Shown here: piece after piece, positions 52,501 through 64,000 of the stretch
Position numbering within the stretch: position 1 is the stretch's first letter
Layout: each line of letters begins with the position of its first letter
Assembly (NCBI GenBank): GCA_004431415.1
Contig: QPMI01000404.1
Location: forward strand, 32,974-96,973
Direction: 5' to 3'
Origin: Cyanophora paradoxa CCMP329
Taxonomy: Eukaryota > Plantae > Glaucophyta
Length of the DNA stretch: 64,000 nt
Position numbers and translations under genes: made by a program
The notes under the pieces: model-generated
The model's database searches: none
Told to the model about the DNA's origin: nothing
What the model saw: only the letters and a program-made list of their open reading frames with translations

Positions 52501-55500
52501 CCGCCGCATTCCCCTGCTGGAGCTCAAGGCTCCACCGCCTCCCCGAGGTCTGCAGCGACCTCGCGCGGCCCCGCGCCGCCGCTCGCCCCGCCGCCCGTGG
52601 CCGCCGCATAACCTGCTGGCGCAGGGCGGGCCGGCCGCGGGCTCGCATGCAGCGCTCCCCGGCTGGACCCCAGGGCTCCGCCTCCGCCCCGAGATCCGTC
52701 ACGGCTTCGCGCGGACCCCCGCCGCCGCTCGACCCGCCGCCGCCGCATAACCTGCTTGCGCAGGGCGGGCCGGCCGCGGGCTCGCATGCAGCGCTCCCCG
52801 GCTGGAGCCCAGGGCCCCACCTCCGCCCCGAGGCCGTCACGGCCTCGCGCGGACCCCCGCCGCTGCTCGACCCGCCGCCGCCGCATGACCTGCTTGCGCA
52901 GGGCGGGCCGGCCGCGGGCTCGTCCGCCGCGCTCTCCGGCTGGAGCTCAAGGCCCCACCGCCGCCCCGAGGTCCGTCGCGGCCTCGCGCGGCCCGCGCTA
53001 CCACCCGACCCGCCGCCGCCGCATACCCTGCTTGCGCAGGGCGGGCCGGCCGCGGGCTCGCATACCGCGATCCCCGGCTGGAGCCCAAGGCTCCACCTCC
53101 GCCCGGGGTCCGTCACGGCCTCGCGCGGCCCCGCGCTGCGCTCGACCCGCAGCCACCGCCTGACCTGCTTGCGCAGGGCGGGCCGGCCACTGGCTCGCAT
53201 ACCGCGCTCTCCGGCTGGAGCTCAAGGCTCCACCTCCGCCCCGGGGTCCGTCACGACCTCGCGCGGCCCCACGCCGCCGCTTGACCCGCCGCCGCCGCAT
53301 AACCTGCTGACGCGGGGCGGGCCGGCCGCTGGCTCGCAGGCAGCGCTCCCCGGCTCGAGCCCAGGGCTCCACCTCCGCCCCCAGGTCTGCAGCGACCTCG
53401 CGCGGCCCCGCGCTGCCGCTCGACCCGCCGCCGCCGCATAACCTGCTTGCGCAGGGCGGGCCGGCCGCTGGCTCGCATACGGCGCTCCCCGGCTGGACCC
53501 CAGGGCTCCGCCTCCGCCCGAGGTCCGTCACGGCCTCGTGCGGCCCGCGCTGCCGCTCGACCCGCCGCCGCCGCATTACCTGCTTGCGCAGGGCGGGCCG
53601 GCCACTGGCTCGCATACCGCGCTCCCCGGCTGGAGCCCAAGGCTCCACCTCCGCCTCGAGGTCGGTCACGGCCTCGCGCGGCCCCGCGCTGCCGCTCGAC
53701 TCGCCGCCGCCGCATACCCTGCTTGCGCAGGGCGGGCCGGCCGCTGGCTCGCATGCAGCGCTCCCCAGCGGGAGCCCAGAGCTCCACCTTCGCCCCGAGG
53801 TCCGTCGCGGCCTCGCGCGGGCCCGCGCTGCCGCTCGACCCGCCGCCGCCGCATACCCTGCTTGCGCAGGGCGGGCCGGCCGCGGGCTCGCATACCGCGA
53901 TCCCCGGCTGGAGCCCAAGGCTCCCCTCCGCCCCGGGGTCCGTCACGGCCTCGCGCGGCCCCGCGCTGCCGCTCGACCCGCCGCCGCCGCAGAACCTGCT
54001 GGCGCGGGGCGGTCCGGCCGCTGGCTCGCAAGCAGCGCTCCCTGGCTCGAGCCCAGGCCCCACCTCCGCCCGAGGTCAGTCACGGCCTCGAGCGGCCCGC
54101 GCTTCTGCTCGATCCGCCGCCGCCGCATACCCTGCTTGCGCAGGGCGGGCCGGCCGCTGGCCCGCATGCAGCGCTCCCCAGCTGGAGCCCAAGGCTCCAC
54201 CTTCGCCCCGAGGTCAGTCACGACCTCGAGCGGCCCCGCGCTGCTGCTCGACCTGCCGCCGCCGCAGAACCTGCTTGCGCAGGGCGGGCGGCCGCTGGCT
54301 CGCATGCAGCGCTCCCCGGCTGGAGTTTAGGGCGCCACCTCCGCCCCGAGGTCCGTCACGGCCTCGCGCAGCCCCGCGCTGCCGCTCGACCCGCCGCCGC
54401 CGCATAACCTGCTTGCACAGGGCAGGCCGGCCGTGGCTCGCATGCAGCGCCCCCGGCTGGAGCCCAGGGCCCCACCGCTGCCCCGAGGTCCTTCAAGCCT
54501 CGCGCGGCCCCGCGCTGCTGCAGCTCGGCGTACCGCCACTGCCATGACCTGCTGGCGCAGGGCGGGCCGGCCGTTGGCTCGTCCGCAGCGCTCTCCGGCT
54601 GGAGCTCAAGGCTCCACCGCCGCCCCGAGGTCCGTCACGGCCTCGCGCGGCCCCGCGCTGCCGCTCGACCCGCCGCCGCCGCATAACCTGCTTGCGCAGG
54701 GCGGGCCGGCCGCTGGCTCGCATTCAGCGCTCCCCGGCTGGAGCCCAAGGCTCCACCTCCGCCCCGGGGTCCGTCACGGCCTCGCGCGGCCCCGCGCTGC
54801 CGCTCGACCCGCAGCCACCGCCTGACCTGCTTGCGCAGGGCGGGCCGGCCACTGGCTCGCATACCGCGCTCTCCGGCTGGAGCTCAAGGCTCCACCTCCG
54901 CCCCGGGGTCCGTCACGACCTCGCGCGGCCCCACGCCGCCGCTTGACCCGCCGCCGCCGCATAACCTGCTGACGCGGGGCGGGCCGGCCGCTGGCTCGCA
55001 GGCAGCGCTCCCCGGCTCGAGCCCAGGGCTCCACCTCCGCCCCCAGGTCTGAAGCGACCTCGCGCGGCCCCGCGCTGCCGCTCGACCCGCCGCCGCCGCA
55101 TAACCTGCTTGCGCAGGGCGGGCCGGCCGCTGGCTCGCATACGGCGCTCCCCGGCTGGACCCCAGGGCTCCGCCTCCGCCCCGAGGTCCGTCACGGCCTC
55201 GTGCGGCCCCGCGCTGCCGCTCGACCCGCCGCCGCCGCATTACCTGCTTGCGCAGGGCGGGCCGGCCACTGGCTCGCATACCGCGCTCCCCGGCTGGAGC
55301 CCAAGGCTCCACCTCCGCCTCGAGGTCGGTCACGGCCTCGCGCGGCCCCGCGGTGCCGCTCGACTCGCCGCCGCCGCATACCCTGCTTGCGCAGGGCGGG
55401 CCGGCCGCTGGCTCGCATGCAGCGCTCCCCAGCGGGAGCCCAGAGCTCCACCTTCGCCCCGAGGTCCGTCGCGGCCTCGCGCGGGCCCGCGCTGCCGCTC

Positions 55501-58500
55501 GACCCGCCGCCGCCGCATACCCTGCTTGCGCAGGGCGGGCCGGCCGCGGGCTCGCATACCGCGATCCCCGGCTGGAGCCCAAGGCTCCCCCTCCGCCCCG
55601 GGGTCCGTCACGGCCTCGCGCGGCCCCGCGCTGCCGCTCGACCCGCCGCCGCCGCAGAACCTGCTGGCGCGGGGCGGTCCGGCCGCTGGCTCGCAAGCAG
55701 CGCTCCCTGGCTCGAGCCCAGGGCCCCACCTCCGCCCCGAGGTCAGTCACGGCCTCGAGCGGCCCCGCGCTTCTGCTCGATCCGCCGCCGCCGCATACCC
55801 TGCTTGCGCAGGGCGGGCCGGCCGCTGGCCCGCATGCAGCGCTCCCCAGCTGGAGCCCAAGGCTCCACCTTCGCCCCGAGGTCAGTCACGACCTCGAGCG
55901 GCCCCGCGCTGCTGCTCGACCTGCCGCCGCCGCAGAACCTGCTTGCGCAGGGCGGGCCGGCCGCTGGCTCGCATGCAGCGCTCCCCGGCTGGAGTTTAGG
56001 GCGCCACCTCCGCCCAGAGGTCCGTCACGGCCTCGCGCAGCCCCGCGCTGCCGCTCGACCCGCCGCCGCCGCATAACCTGCTTGCACAGGGCAGGCCGGC
56101 CGTGGGCTCGCATGCAGCGCCCCCCGGCTGGAGCCCAGGGCCCCACCGCTGCCCCGAGGTCCTTCAAGCCTCGCGCGGCCCCGCGCTGCTGCAGCTCGGC
56201 GTACCGCCACTGCCATGACCTGCTGGCGCAGGGCGGGCCGGCCGTTGGCTCGTCCGCCGCGCTCTCCGGCTGGAGCTCAAGGCTCCACCGCCGCCCCGAG
56301 GTCCGTCACGGCCTCGCGCGGCCCCGCGCTGCCGCTCGACCCGCCGCCGCCGCATAACCTGCTTGCGCAGGGCGGGCCGGCCGCTGGCTCGCATGCAGCG
56401 CCCCCCGGCCGGAGTCCAGGGCTCCACCTCCGCCCCGAGGTCCGTCACGGCCTCGCGCAGCCCCGGACTGCCGCTCGACCCGCCGCCGCCGCATGACCTG
56501 CTTGCGCAGGGCGGGCCGGCCGCTGGCTCGCATGCAGCGCTCCCCGGCTGGACCCCAGGGCTCCGCCTCCGCCCCGAGGTCCGTCACGGCCTCGCGCGGC
56601 CCCGCGCTGCCGCTCGACCCGCCGCCGCCGCATAACCTGCTTGCGCAGGGCTGGCCGGCCGCTGGCTCGCATGCAGCGCCCCCCGGCCGGAGTCCAGGGC
56701 TCCACCTCCGCCCCGAGGTCCGTCACGGCCTCGCGCAGCCCCGGACTGCCGCTCGGCCCGCCGCCGCCGCATGACCTGCTTGCGCAGGGCGGGCTGGCCG
56801 CTGGCTCGCATGCAGCGCTCCCCGGCTGGAGCCCAGGGCTCCACCTCCACCCCGGGGTCCGTCACGGCCTCGCGCGGCCCCGCGCTGCCGCTCAACCCGC
56901 CGCCGCCGCATAACCTGCTTGCGCAGGGCGGGCCGGCCGCTGGCTCGCATGCAGCGCTCCCCGGCTGGAGCCCAGGGCTCCACCGCTGCCCCGAGGTCCG
57001 TCACGGCCTCGCGCGGCCCCGCGCTGCAGCTCGGCGTACCGCCACTGCCTGACCTACTTGCGCAGGGCGGGCCGGCCGCTGGCTCATCCGCCGCGCTCTC
57101 CGGCTGGAGCCCAGGGCTCCACCTCCACCCCGAGGTCCGTTCACGGCCTCGCACGGCCCCGCGCCACCACCCGGCTTGCCGCCGCCGCCTGACCTGCGGG
57201 TGCAGGGCGGGCCGGCCGCTGGCCCGCCCACCGCGCTCTCGTGCTGGAGCTCAAGGCTCCACCACCTCCCGAGGTCTGCAGCGACCTCGCGCGGCCCGGC
57301 GCCGCCGCCCGGCTCGCTGCCTCCGCCTGACCGGCTGGCACAGGGCGGGCCGGCCCTTAGCCTGTCCGCGGCCGTCGGACGCTTCCTGGCTGGAGCTCAA
57401 GGCTCCGCCACCGCCCCAAGGTCTGCAGCGACCTCGCGCGATCCCGCGCCGCCGCTGAACCCGCCGCCACCACCTGACCTGCGTGCGCAGGGCGGGCCGG
57501 CCGGGGACCGCGCGCAGCGCCTCCTGCGGTAGCTAACAGCTCCGCCGCCGCCCGAAGGTCCGTAGCGGCCTCGCGCGGTCCCGCGCTGCCGCTCGACCGG
57601 CTGCCGCCGTCAGACCTACTCGCGAAAGGCAGGCCGGTCGCTGGCTCGCCAGCAGCGCTCTCCTGCTGGAGCTCAAGCCTCCACCACCGCTCCGAGGTCT
57701 GCAGCGACCTCGCACGGCCCCGCGCCGCCGCGCGGCTCTCCGCCGCCGCCTCGCCTGCTTGCGCAGGGCGGGCCGGCCTCTGGCTCGCCCGCGTCGCCCC
57801 CCTGCTGGAGCTCAAGGCTCCTTTGCGACCCCGAGGTCCGTCACGGCCTCGCGCGACCCCCCGCCACCGCTCGACCCGCCGCCTCCGCCCGACCTGCCTG
57901 CGCAGGGCGGGCCGGCCCCTGGCTCGCCCGCAAGGCCCCCTGGCTGAAGCTTCGGGCCCCGCCACTACACCGAGGTCTACTACGACCTCGCGTGGCCCCG
58001 CGCCGCCGCTCGGCTCGCCGCCGCTGCCTGACCTGCGTACGCAAGGCGGGCCGGCCTCTGGCATACCCGCGGCGCTCCCCGGCTGGAGCTCGAGGCTCCA
58101 CCGCCTCCCCGAGGTCTGAAGCGACCTCGCGCGGCCCACACTACCGCTCGACCCGCTGCCATTGCTCCCCCAGCGTGCGTAGGGCGGGCCGGCCTCTAGC
58201 TCGCCCGCGACGCTTCCTGGCTGGAACTCAAGGCTCCACCCCCGCCCCGAGGTCTGCAGCGACCTCGCGCGTCCCCGCGCCGCCACTGAACTCGCCGCCG
58301 CCGCATAACCTGCTTGCGCAGGGCGGGCCGGCCTCTGGCTCGCCAGCCGCGCTCTCCTGCTGGAGCTCATGGCCCCACCACCGCCCCGAGGTCCGCAACG
58401 ACCTCGCGCGGCCCCAAGCCGCCGCCGCCTCGCCTGCTGGCGCAGGGTGGGCTGACCGCTGGCTCGCCCGCGGTGCTGTTCCACGGGCGCTCCAGGCCCT

Positions 58501-58680
58501 GAGGCCCCGCGACCGCTTCCGCGGTCTTATGCGGCCCACACGCCTCCGCGCGGCGCGCTTCCGCCGCCTAACCTGCTTGCACAGGGCAGGACGGTGGTGG
58601 GCTCGCTTTCGGTGCCCACCGGCTGGGATGGTTGTAGATTCCGCCGCGGCCCCGAGGTCCGTAACGGCCTCGCGCAACTT
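46560..58680. repeat. About 12-kb GC-rich satellite, 139-bp unit, with higher-order repeats and divergent edges
   Basis: Equivalent positions at 46759, 46898, 47037, 47176, 47315 and 47454 (139-bp steps); core CCTGCTTGCGCAGGGCGGGCCGGCC. Confidence 0.97.
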
Positions 58681-59106
58681 CACGCCGACGCGCAGTGCGA
58701 CCGCCTTGCCCGCCCTCCACCCGTAGCGCGCCCCTGGCCCGCACCGCCCAGCATGACTTGTCGGCGGCGGAGATCTGGCGGCGCCATTATCCAGCACCGC
58801 CCCGGTTCGTCGACTGCCCCATAGGGGTACGGCGAGACCTCCCCCCAGCCTTCTGGGCCGGCTCGTTACCTCGGGCTTCGTGGCCCGCCCCGGCCCTATG
58901 TTTGTTTGTCCGAATTCACGCTCTCTGCCCGTTCCTCCTACAGCGCAGTGCGCTGGGAGAGGGAGGCCTAGCGTCTGGGACACGTGGGGTGGCAGGGGAA
59001 GGAGGAAGGAGAGGGGGGGAAGGGGGGAGGGCGAAACAACCTTCGCCCTCTTGCTCACTTTGTTCCTATGTATGCTATTCTGGCTGGCTGTGACCTGACT
59101 CTTGTT

Positions 59107-61177
59107 TGGTAGGGGGTACTGCATTCGTGCTGCGTTCGCTACGCTCACCCCCGCGGCCTCCGGCGGCGGTACCCGGCTTCGGATCCCCGAACCCGGAAGA
59201 AACCGCGTACCCCTCCCCGGGGTACGCCGTTCGCCCCAACCGGCCCCACAAGGCGCGGCCCGAGGCCGAACGCGTACCCCGGAGAGGGGTACGGCGTCAG
59301 AGCGGCCCCGATCAAGTGTACCCGAGCGGGTACCCGATCGTCCGCGACGGCCCCGAGCGGAGTACCCCCGAGCGGGGTACACCGTCTCGGCCCGCAACGG
59401 CCCTCACCGGGGTACAGGCGCCTAGCGCGCTTACCCCGGAGAGTTCTTGTTCCGGAACTCGCAAGGGCGAGGCCGGAATGGCATACGGCGATCCGCCCTG
59501 GTCGGTCGCCAACGTATTATGATACGTGGTTCCCGGGAAAGCAGCCATATAGAGCTGCCGTACCTCAGGGCCCAACCGATGCGCTATCCCGTGCATCTAG
59601 CTAAGTAGTGCCAGGCGTAAGATAGCTAGGTCTTCTGCATTCGAATGAAGCGAGGCGTAAATCGGGATTTGCGCTCTCAATGCGTAAATCGAGTTTTGCG
59701 CCGACGGAATGCGAACAAAGAAGACCGTAGCCGAGCGCCAGGCACGAAAGAGCTGAGCGACTCGCTAGCCGCGGAGCGGCGCGAGGCGAGCACGGGATAA
59801 GCAGCAGGCTGCAGCAAGCGTCCCGCAAGGGACTAGCTGAGCTAGCCGTTGGGCCGAGCCGGCGGGCTTGAAGCCGCCGAGCTCCGGGGGGTACGCTGAT
59901 TCGGGGTTTCCCTGCACGCCCAGCTTCGCTCGTGGCCGCCCCAGGCCACGAAGCGACCAGCGGCGAAGCGAAATCGCTCCCGCCCACCTCCCCGCGATTT
60001 TCCCTCTGGGGCGCCGAACCTCGCTACCCAGCGAGCCCCGACGCCGCGAAAAGTTCGCGCAAAGAGGCAATGCATACGGCGACCAGCGCCAGCGTTCGCC
60101 GAGGGTTTTATAATACGTGGTTCCTTGTCGTCTCCTGCGCACGCGGTTCCGGATGTTACTCCCGCTCGGTGCCGGCCACCAGCACGGACATGATCGTGCA
60201 CAGCTGATTCGTGGTGATTTCCGATGGTTCCGTCGAAGATTCGGGCACGAACCGCGCCGACCCGGTGTACCGGTCGTCAGTCGTGTTTTTCACGCGCGCC
60301 GCTGGACCCACTGGTGCCGGGCCGGGTCCAGCACGCCCCAAGAAACAGTCGCGCGGCTTCGTGGAGAATCTCGAGTTTTTCCCCGCCTGGTTTACCCTGC
60401 TATTCCTCTGGACCCGCGGGCGCCGAGCCGCGGTCCAGCGTGCATTACCGTTACGCGGTTTTTCCCGCGGTAACTTGCCGGTTTTTCGAGTCTGCCGCCC
60501 GGCGCGGGGGGAGACTTCGCGCATGAATTCGGAATCCTATTGGTCTTGATGAGCCTCGGTTGTCGTACGTGTACGACCCTTGGTCTCATGGTCGTCCGCG
60601 GACGACGGGCACGCTACGCGTGTGGTAGGGGTACTGCATTCGTGCTGCGTTCGCTACGCTCACCCCCGCGGCTCCGGCGGCGGTACCCGGCTTCGGATCC
60701 CGAACCCGGAAGAACCGCGTACCCCTCCCCGGGTACGCCGTTCGCCCCAACCGGCCCACAAGGCGCGGCCCGAGGCCGAACGCGTACCCGGAGAGGGGTA
60801 CGGCGTCAGAGCGGCCCCGATCAAGTGTACCCCCGAGCGGGGTACCCCGATCGGTCCCGCGACGGCCCCGAGCGGAGTACCCCCGAGCGGGGTACACCGT
60901 CTCGGCCCGCAACGGCCCTCACCGGGGTACAGGCGCCTAGCGCGCTTACCCCGGAGAGTTCTTGTTCCGGAACTCGCAAGGGCGAGGCCGGAATGGCATA
61001 CGGCGATCCGCCCTGGTCGGTCGCCAACGTATTATGATACGTGGTTCCCGGGAAAGCAGCCATATAGAGCTGCCGTACCTCAGGGCCCAACCGATGCGCT
61101 ATCCCGTGCATCTAGCTAAGTAGTGCCAGGCGTAAGATAGCTAGGTCTTCTGCATTCGAATGAAGCGAGGCGTAAAT
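59107..61177. mobile_element. Non-coding LTR-like unit: ~555-bp direct repeats (59107-59662, 60623-61177) around ~960 bp
   Basis: Both copies run TGGTAGGGG..GCATTCGAATGAAGCGAGGCGTAAAT. No CA end, PBS or TSD was seen, so the class is uncertain. Confidence 0.6.
59662..59977. repeat. 316-bp dispersed repeat, copy 2
   Basis: Near-identical to 18944-19259. Confidence 0.95.
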
Positions 61178-61534
61178 TCTAGTAAACAGGCTGTACCTAG
61201 CCCTGGCGCACTAGAGCCAGTCTGCCTGGCATCTGGCATGTTAATGTACCGGGCTGACTGTGATTGGGGTTTGGCGAGCCAATCATGTGCGAGGGCGGAC
61301 TCGGCTGGAAATGAGTTTTTTTCTCGTCTGACCGATGCCTCCCGGTACACCCGGAACGCCGGCGAGGAGAGGGGGGGAAGAGGCGCACCCGGCTCCGCAT
61401 GATAGGCGGTACTATTGTTGTTCATCAAGTAGGGCCACTGCTGGTGCCCTAACAGGGGGCGTTCCGGCCTGATATCTACGCCGCAGATGGCGCAGTCACT
61501 ATATGCAGTAGGCGGGCGGCGGAGTCGAGGCCTG

Positions 61535-64000
61535 CTCGCAGTCTGCAGCGGCCGGGGCCGCTGCCTTAAAGAGAGGGGAGCGCCGCGTCGGCGGCTGCCG
61601 CGGTGCGGGGGGTACGACACCGCGAGGCCGGGGTACCGAGAGCGATGCGGGGCGCGGGGCGGGTGCCTCAGGCGGCGGGGTCACGTCTGCAGCGGCCGGG
61701 GTCGCTGGCCTTGAGGGGGAGGGGGACGTCGCGGCGGCCGCTGCCGCGGCAGGGGGTACGACACCGCGAGAGAGGGGCCCGTGGCGGGCTCCCGGTAGGA
61801 GTGCCGCCGGGGGGGTACGCGGGGCGGGGGCGGCGAGCGGAGGGAGGGCTTCGGGCGCCGCTGACGGCGATAGGGCGCGTCCCCGTTCGCCGATCGACGC
61901 CGAGTCCTGCTGTGGGGGTACAGCTTCCGGGGCGGGCGAGGGCTGGGGGGTACCCGAGAGCGCGACGGGGCTCGGAGCAGAAGCTTCGGGCGGCGGGGTC
62001 ACGTCTGCAGCGGCCGGGGTCGCTGGCCTTGAAGGGGAGGGGGACGTCGCGGCGGCCGCTGCCGCGGCGGGGGGTATGACACCGCGAGAGGGGGGCCCGT
62101 GGCCGGCTCCCGGTAGGAGTGCCGCCGGGGGGGTACGCGGGGCGGGGGCGGCGAGCGGAGGGAGGGCGTCGGGCGCCGCTGACGGCGATAAGGCGCGTCC
62201 CCGTTCGCCGATCGACGCCGAGTCCTGCGGTGGGGGTACAGCTTCCGGGGCGGGCGAGGGCTGGAGGTACCCGAGAGCGCGACGGGCTCGGAGCAGAAGC
62301 CTCGGGCGGCGGAGTCGCGTCTGCAGCGGCCGGGGCCACTGGCCTAGAAGGAGAGGGGGCGCCGCGGCGGCCGCCGCCGCGGCGGCCGCCGTCGCGGCGG
62401 GGGTACGACACCGCAAGAGGGACGTCGTGGCGGGCTCCGGCAGGAGTGCCACCGGGGGGTACGCAGGGCGGGGCGGCGAGCGGAGGGAAACAAGAGCGGC
62501 GACGGGCGCCGTTGGCAGCGCCAGAGCACGTCTCACATCGCCGATCACCGCCGAGTGCTGCGGCGGCGTGTAGCTTCCGGGGCGAGCGAGGGCCGGGGGT
62601 ACCCGAGAGCGATGCGGGGCGCGGGCGGGTGCTCAGGCGGCGGGTCACGTCTGCAGCGGCCGGGGTCGCTGGCTTGAAGGGGAGGGGACTTCGCGGCGGC
62701 CGCTGCCGCGGGGGGGGTGCGACACCGCGAGAGGGGGCCCCGTGGCGGGCTCCGGAAGGAGCGCCGCGGGGGTACGCAGGGCGGGGGCGGCGAGCGGGGG
62801 GCGGGCGTCGGGCGCCGCTGGCGGCGATAGGGCGCGTCTCCGTTCGCCGATCGACGCCGAGTCCTGCTGTGGGAGTACAGCTTCCGGGCGGGCGAGAGCT
62901 GGGGGTACCCGAGAGCGCGACGAGGCTCAGAGCAGAAGCCTCGGGCGGCGGAGTCGCGTCTGCAGCGGCCGGGGTCGCTGGCCTTGAAGGGGAGGGGGAC
63001 GTCGCGGCGGCCGCTGCCGCGGCGGGGGGTATGACACCGCGAGAGGGGGGCCCGTGGCGGGCTCCCGGTAGGAGTGCCGCCGGGGGGGTACGCGGGGCGG
63101 GGGCGGCGAGCGGAGGAGGGCTTCGGGCGCGCTGACGGCGATAGGGCGCGTCCCCGTTCGCCGATCGACGCCGAGTCCTGCGGTGGGGGTACAGCTTCCG
63201 GGGCGGGCGAGGGCTGGGAGGTACCCGAGAGCGCGACGGGGCTCGGAGCAGAAGCCTCGGGCGGCGGAGTCGCGTCTGCAGCGGCCGGGGCCACTGGCCT
63301 AGAAGGAGAGGGGGCGCCGCGGCGGCCGCCGCCGCGGCGGCCACCGTCGCCGCGGGGGTATGACACCGCGAGAGGGACGTCGTGGCGGGCTCCCGGCAGG
63401 AGTGCCACCGGGGGGTACGCAGGGCGGGGCGGCGAGCGGAGGGAAAACAAGAGCGGCGACGGGCGCCGTTGGCAGCGCCAGAGCACGTCTCACATCGCCG
63501 ATCACCGCCGAGTGCTGCGGCGGGCGTGTAGCTTCCGGGGCGAGCGAGGGCCGGGGGTACCCAAGAGCGATGCGGGCGCAGGGCGGGTGCCTCAGGCGGC
63601 GGGGTCACGTCTGCAGCGGCCGGGGTCGCTGGCCTTGAAGGGAGGGGACTTCGCGGCGGCCGCTGCCGCGGCGGGGGTGCGACACCGCGAGAGGGGCCCG
63701 TGGCGGGCTCCAGGAAGGAGCGCCGCCGGGGGGTACGCAGGGCGGGGGCGGCGAGCGGGGGCGGGCGTCGGGCGCGCTGGCGGCGATAGGGCGCGTCTCC
63801 GTTCGCCGATCGACGCCGAGTCCTGCTGTGGGAGTACAGCTTCCGGGGCGGGCGAGAGCTGGGGGTACCCGAGAGCGCGACGAGGCTCAGAGCAGAAGCC
63901 TCGGGCGGCGGAGTCGCGTCTGCAGCGGCCGGGCCACTGGCCTAGAAGGAGAGGGGGGCGCCGCGGCGGCCGCCGCCGCGGCGCGCCGTCGCGGCGGGGG
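61535..64000. repeat. GC-rich tandem repeat, ~318-bp subunit with a ~955-bp three-unit higher-order repeat; runs off the right edge
   Basis: GTCTGCAGCGGCCGGG recurs about every 310-330 bp; ATGACACCGCGAGAGGGGG at about 62076 and 63031. Confidence 0.9.

Noticed and set aside
46007-58726. Many ORFs in the 139-bp satellite
   Set aside because: They are repeat artefacts; the 139-bp period shifts frame in every unit.
59107-61177. Canonical LTR retrotransposon or TRIM
   Set aside because: No TG..CA ends, primer-binding site, clear polypurine tract, TSD or coding remnants; kept only as LTR-like.
61499-63638. ORFs up to 646 aa at the right edge
   Set aside because: They are translations of the ~318-bp GC tandem repeat.

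Overview
A eukaryotic-type, very GC-rich, repeat-dominated region with no recognisable host gene, built from nested mobile DNA. (1) Two related but divergent endogenous Polinton/Maverick-like DNA viruses, both visibly AT-richer than their surroundings. Element B (34711-45260) is complete: 10,550 bp, 540-bp TIRs, 6-bp TSD CCCGCG, pPolB, rve integrase, A32 packaging ATPase, double-jelly-roll major capsid, penton and small DNA-binding ORFs, with no adenain-type protease. Element A (<1 to about 7483) runs off the left edge, has a different gene order and a frameshifted pPolB. (2) A giant decayed single-ORF non-LTR retrotransposon on the minus strand (about 7484-18889; APE, RT, RNase H). Its RNase H appears split by about 1,170 codons carrying two tandem Ulp1/C48-like protease domains. 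(3) A 13,390-bp apparently non-coding TIR element (20668-34057) with about 3-kb internal inverted arms around a ~718-bp tandem array. (4) Three satellites (160, 139 and ~318 bp units), the latter two with higher-order structure, and an LTR-like 555-bp direct-repeat pair. Most ORFs listed in the GC-rich repeats are artefacts. All protein calls come from motif recognition by eye; no searches were run.
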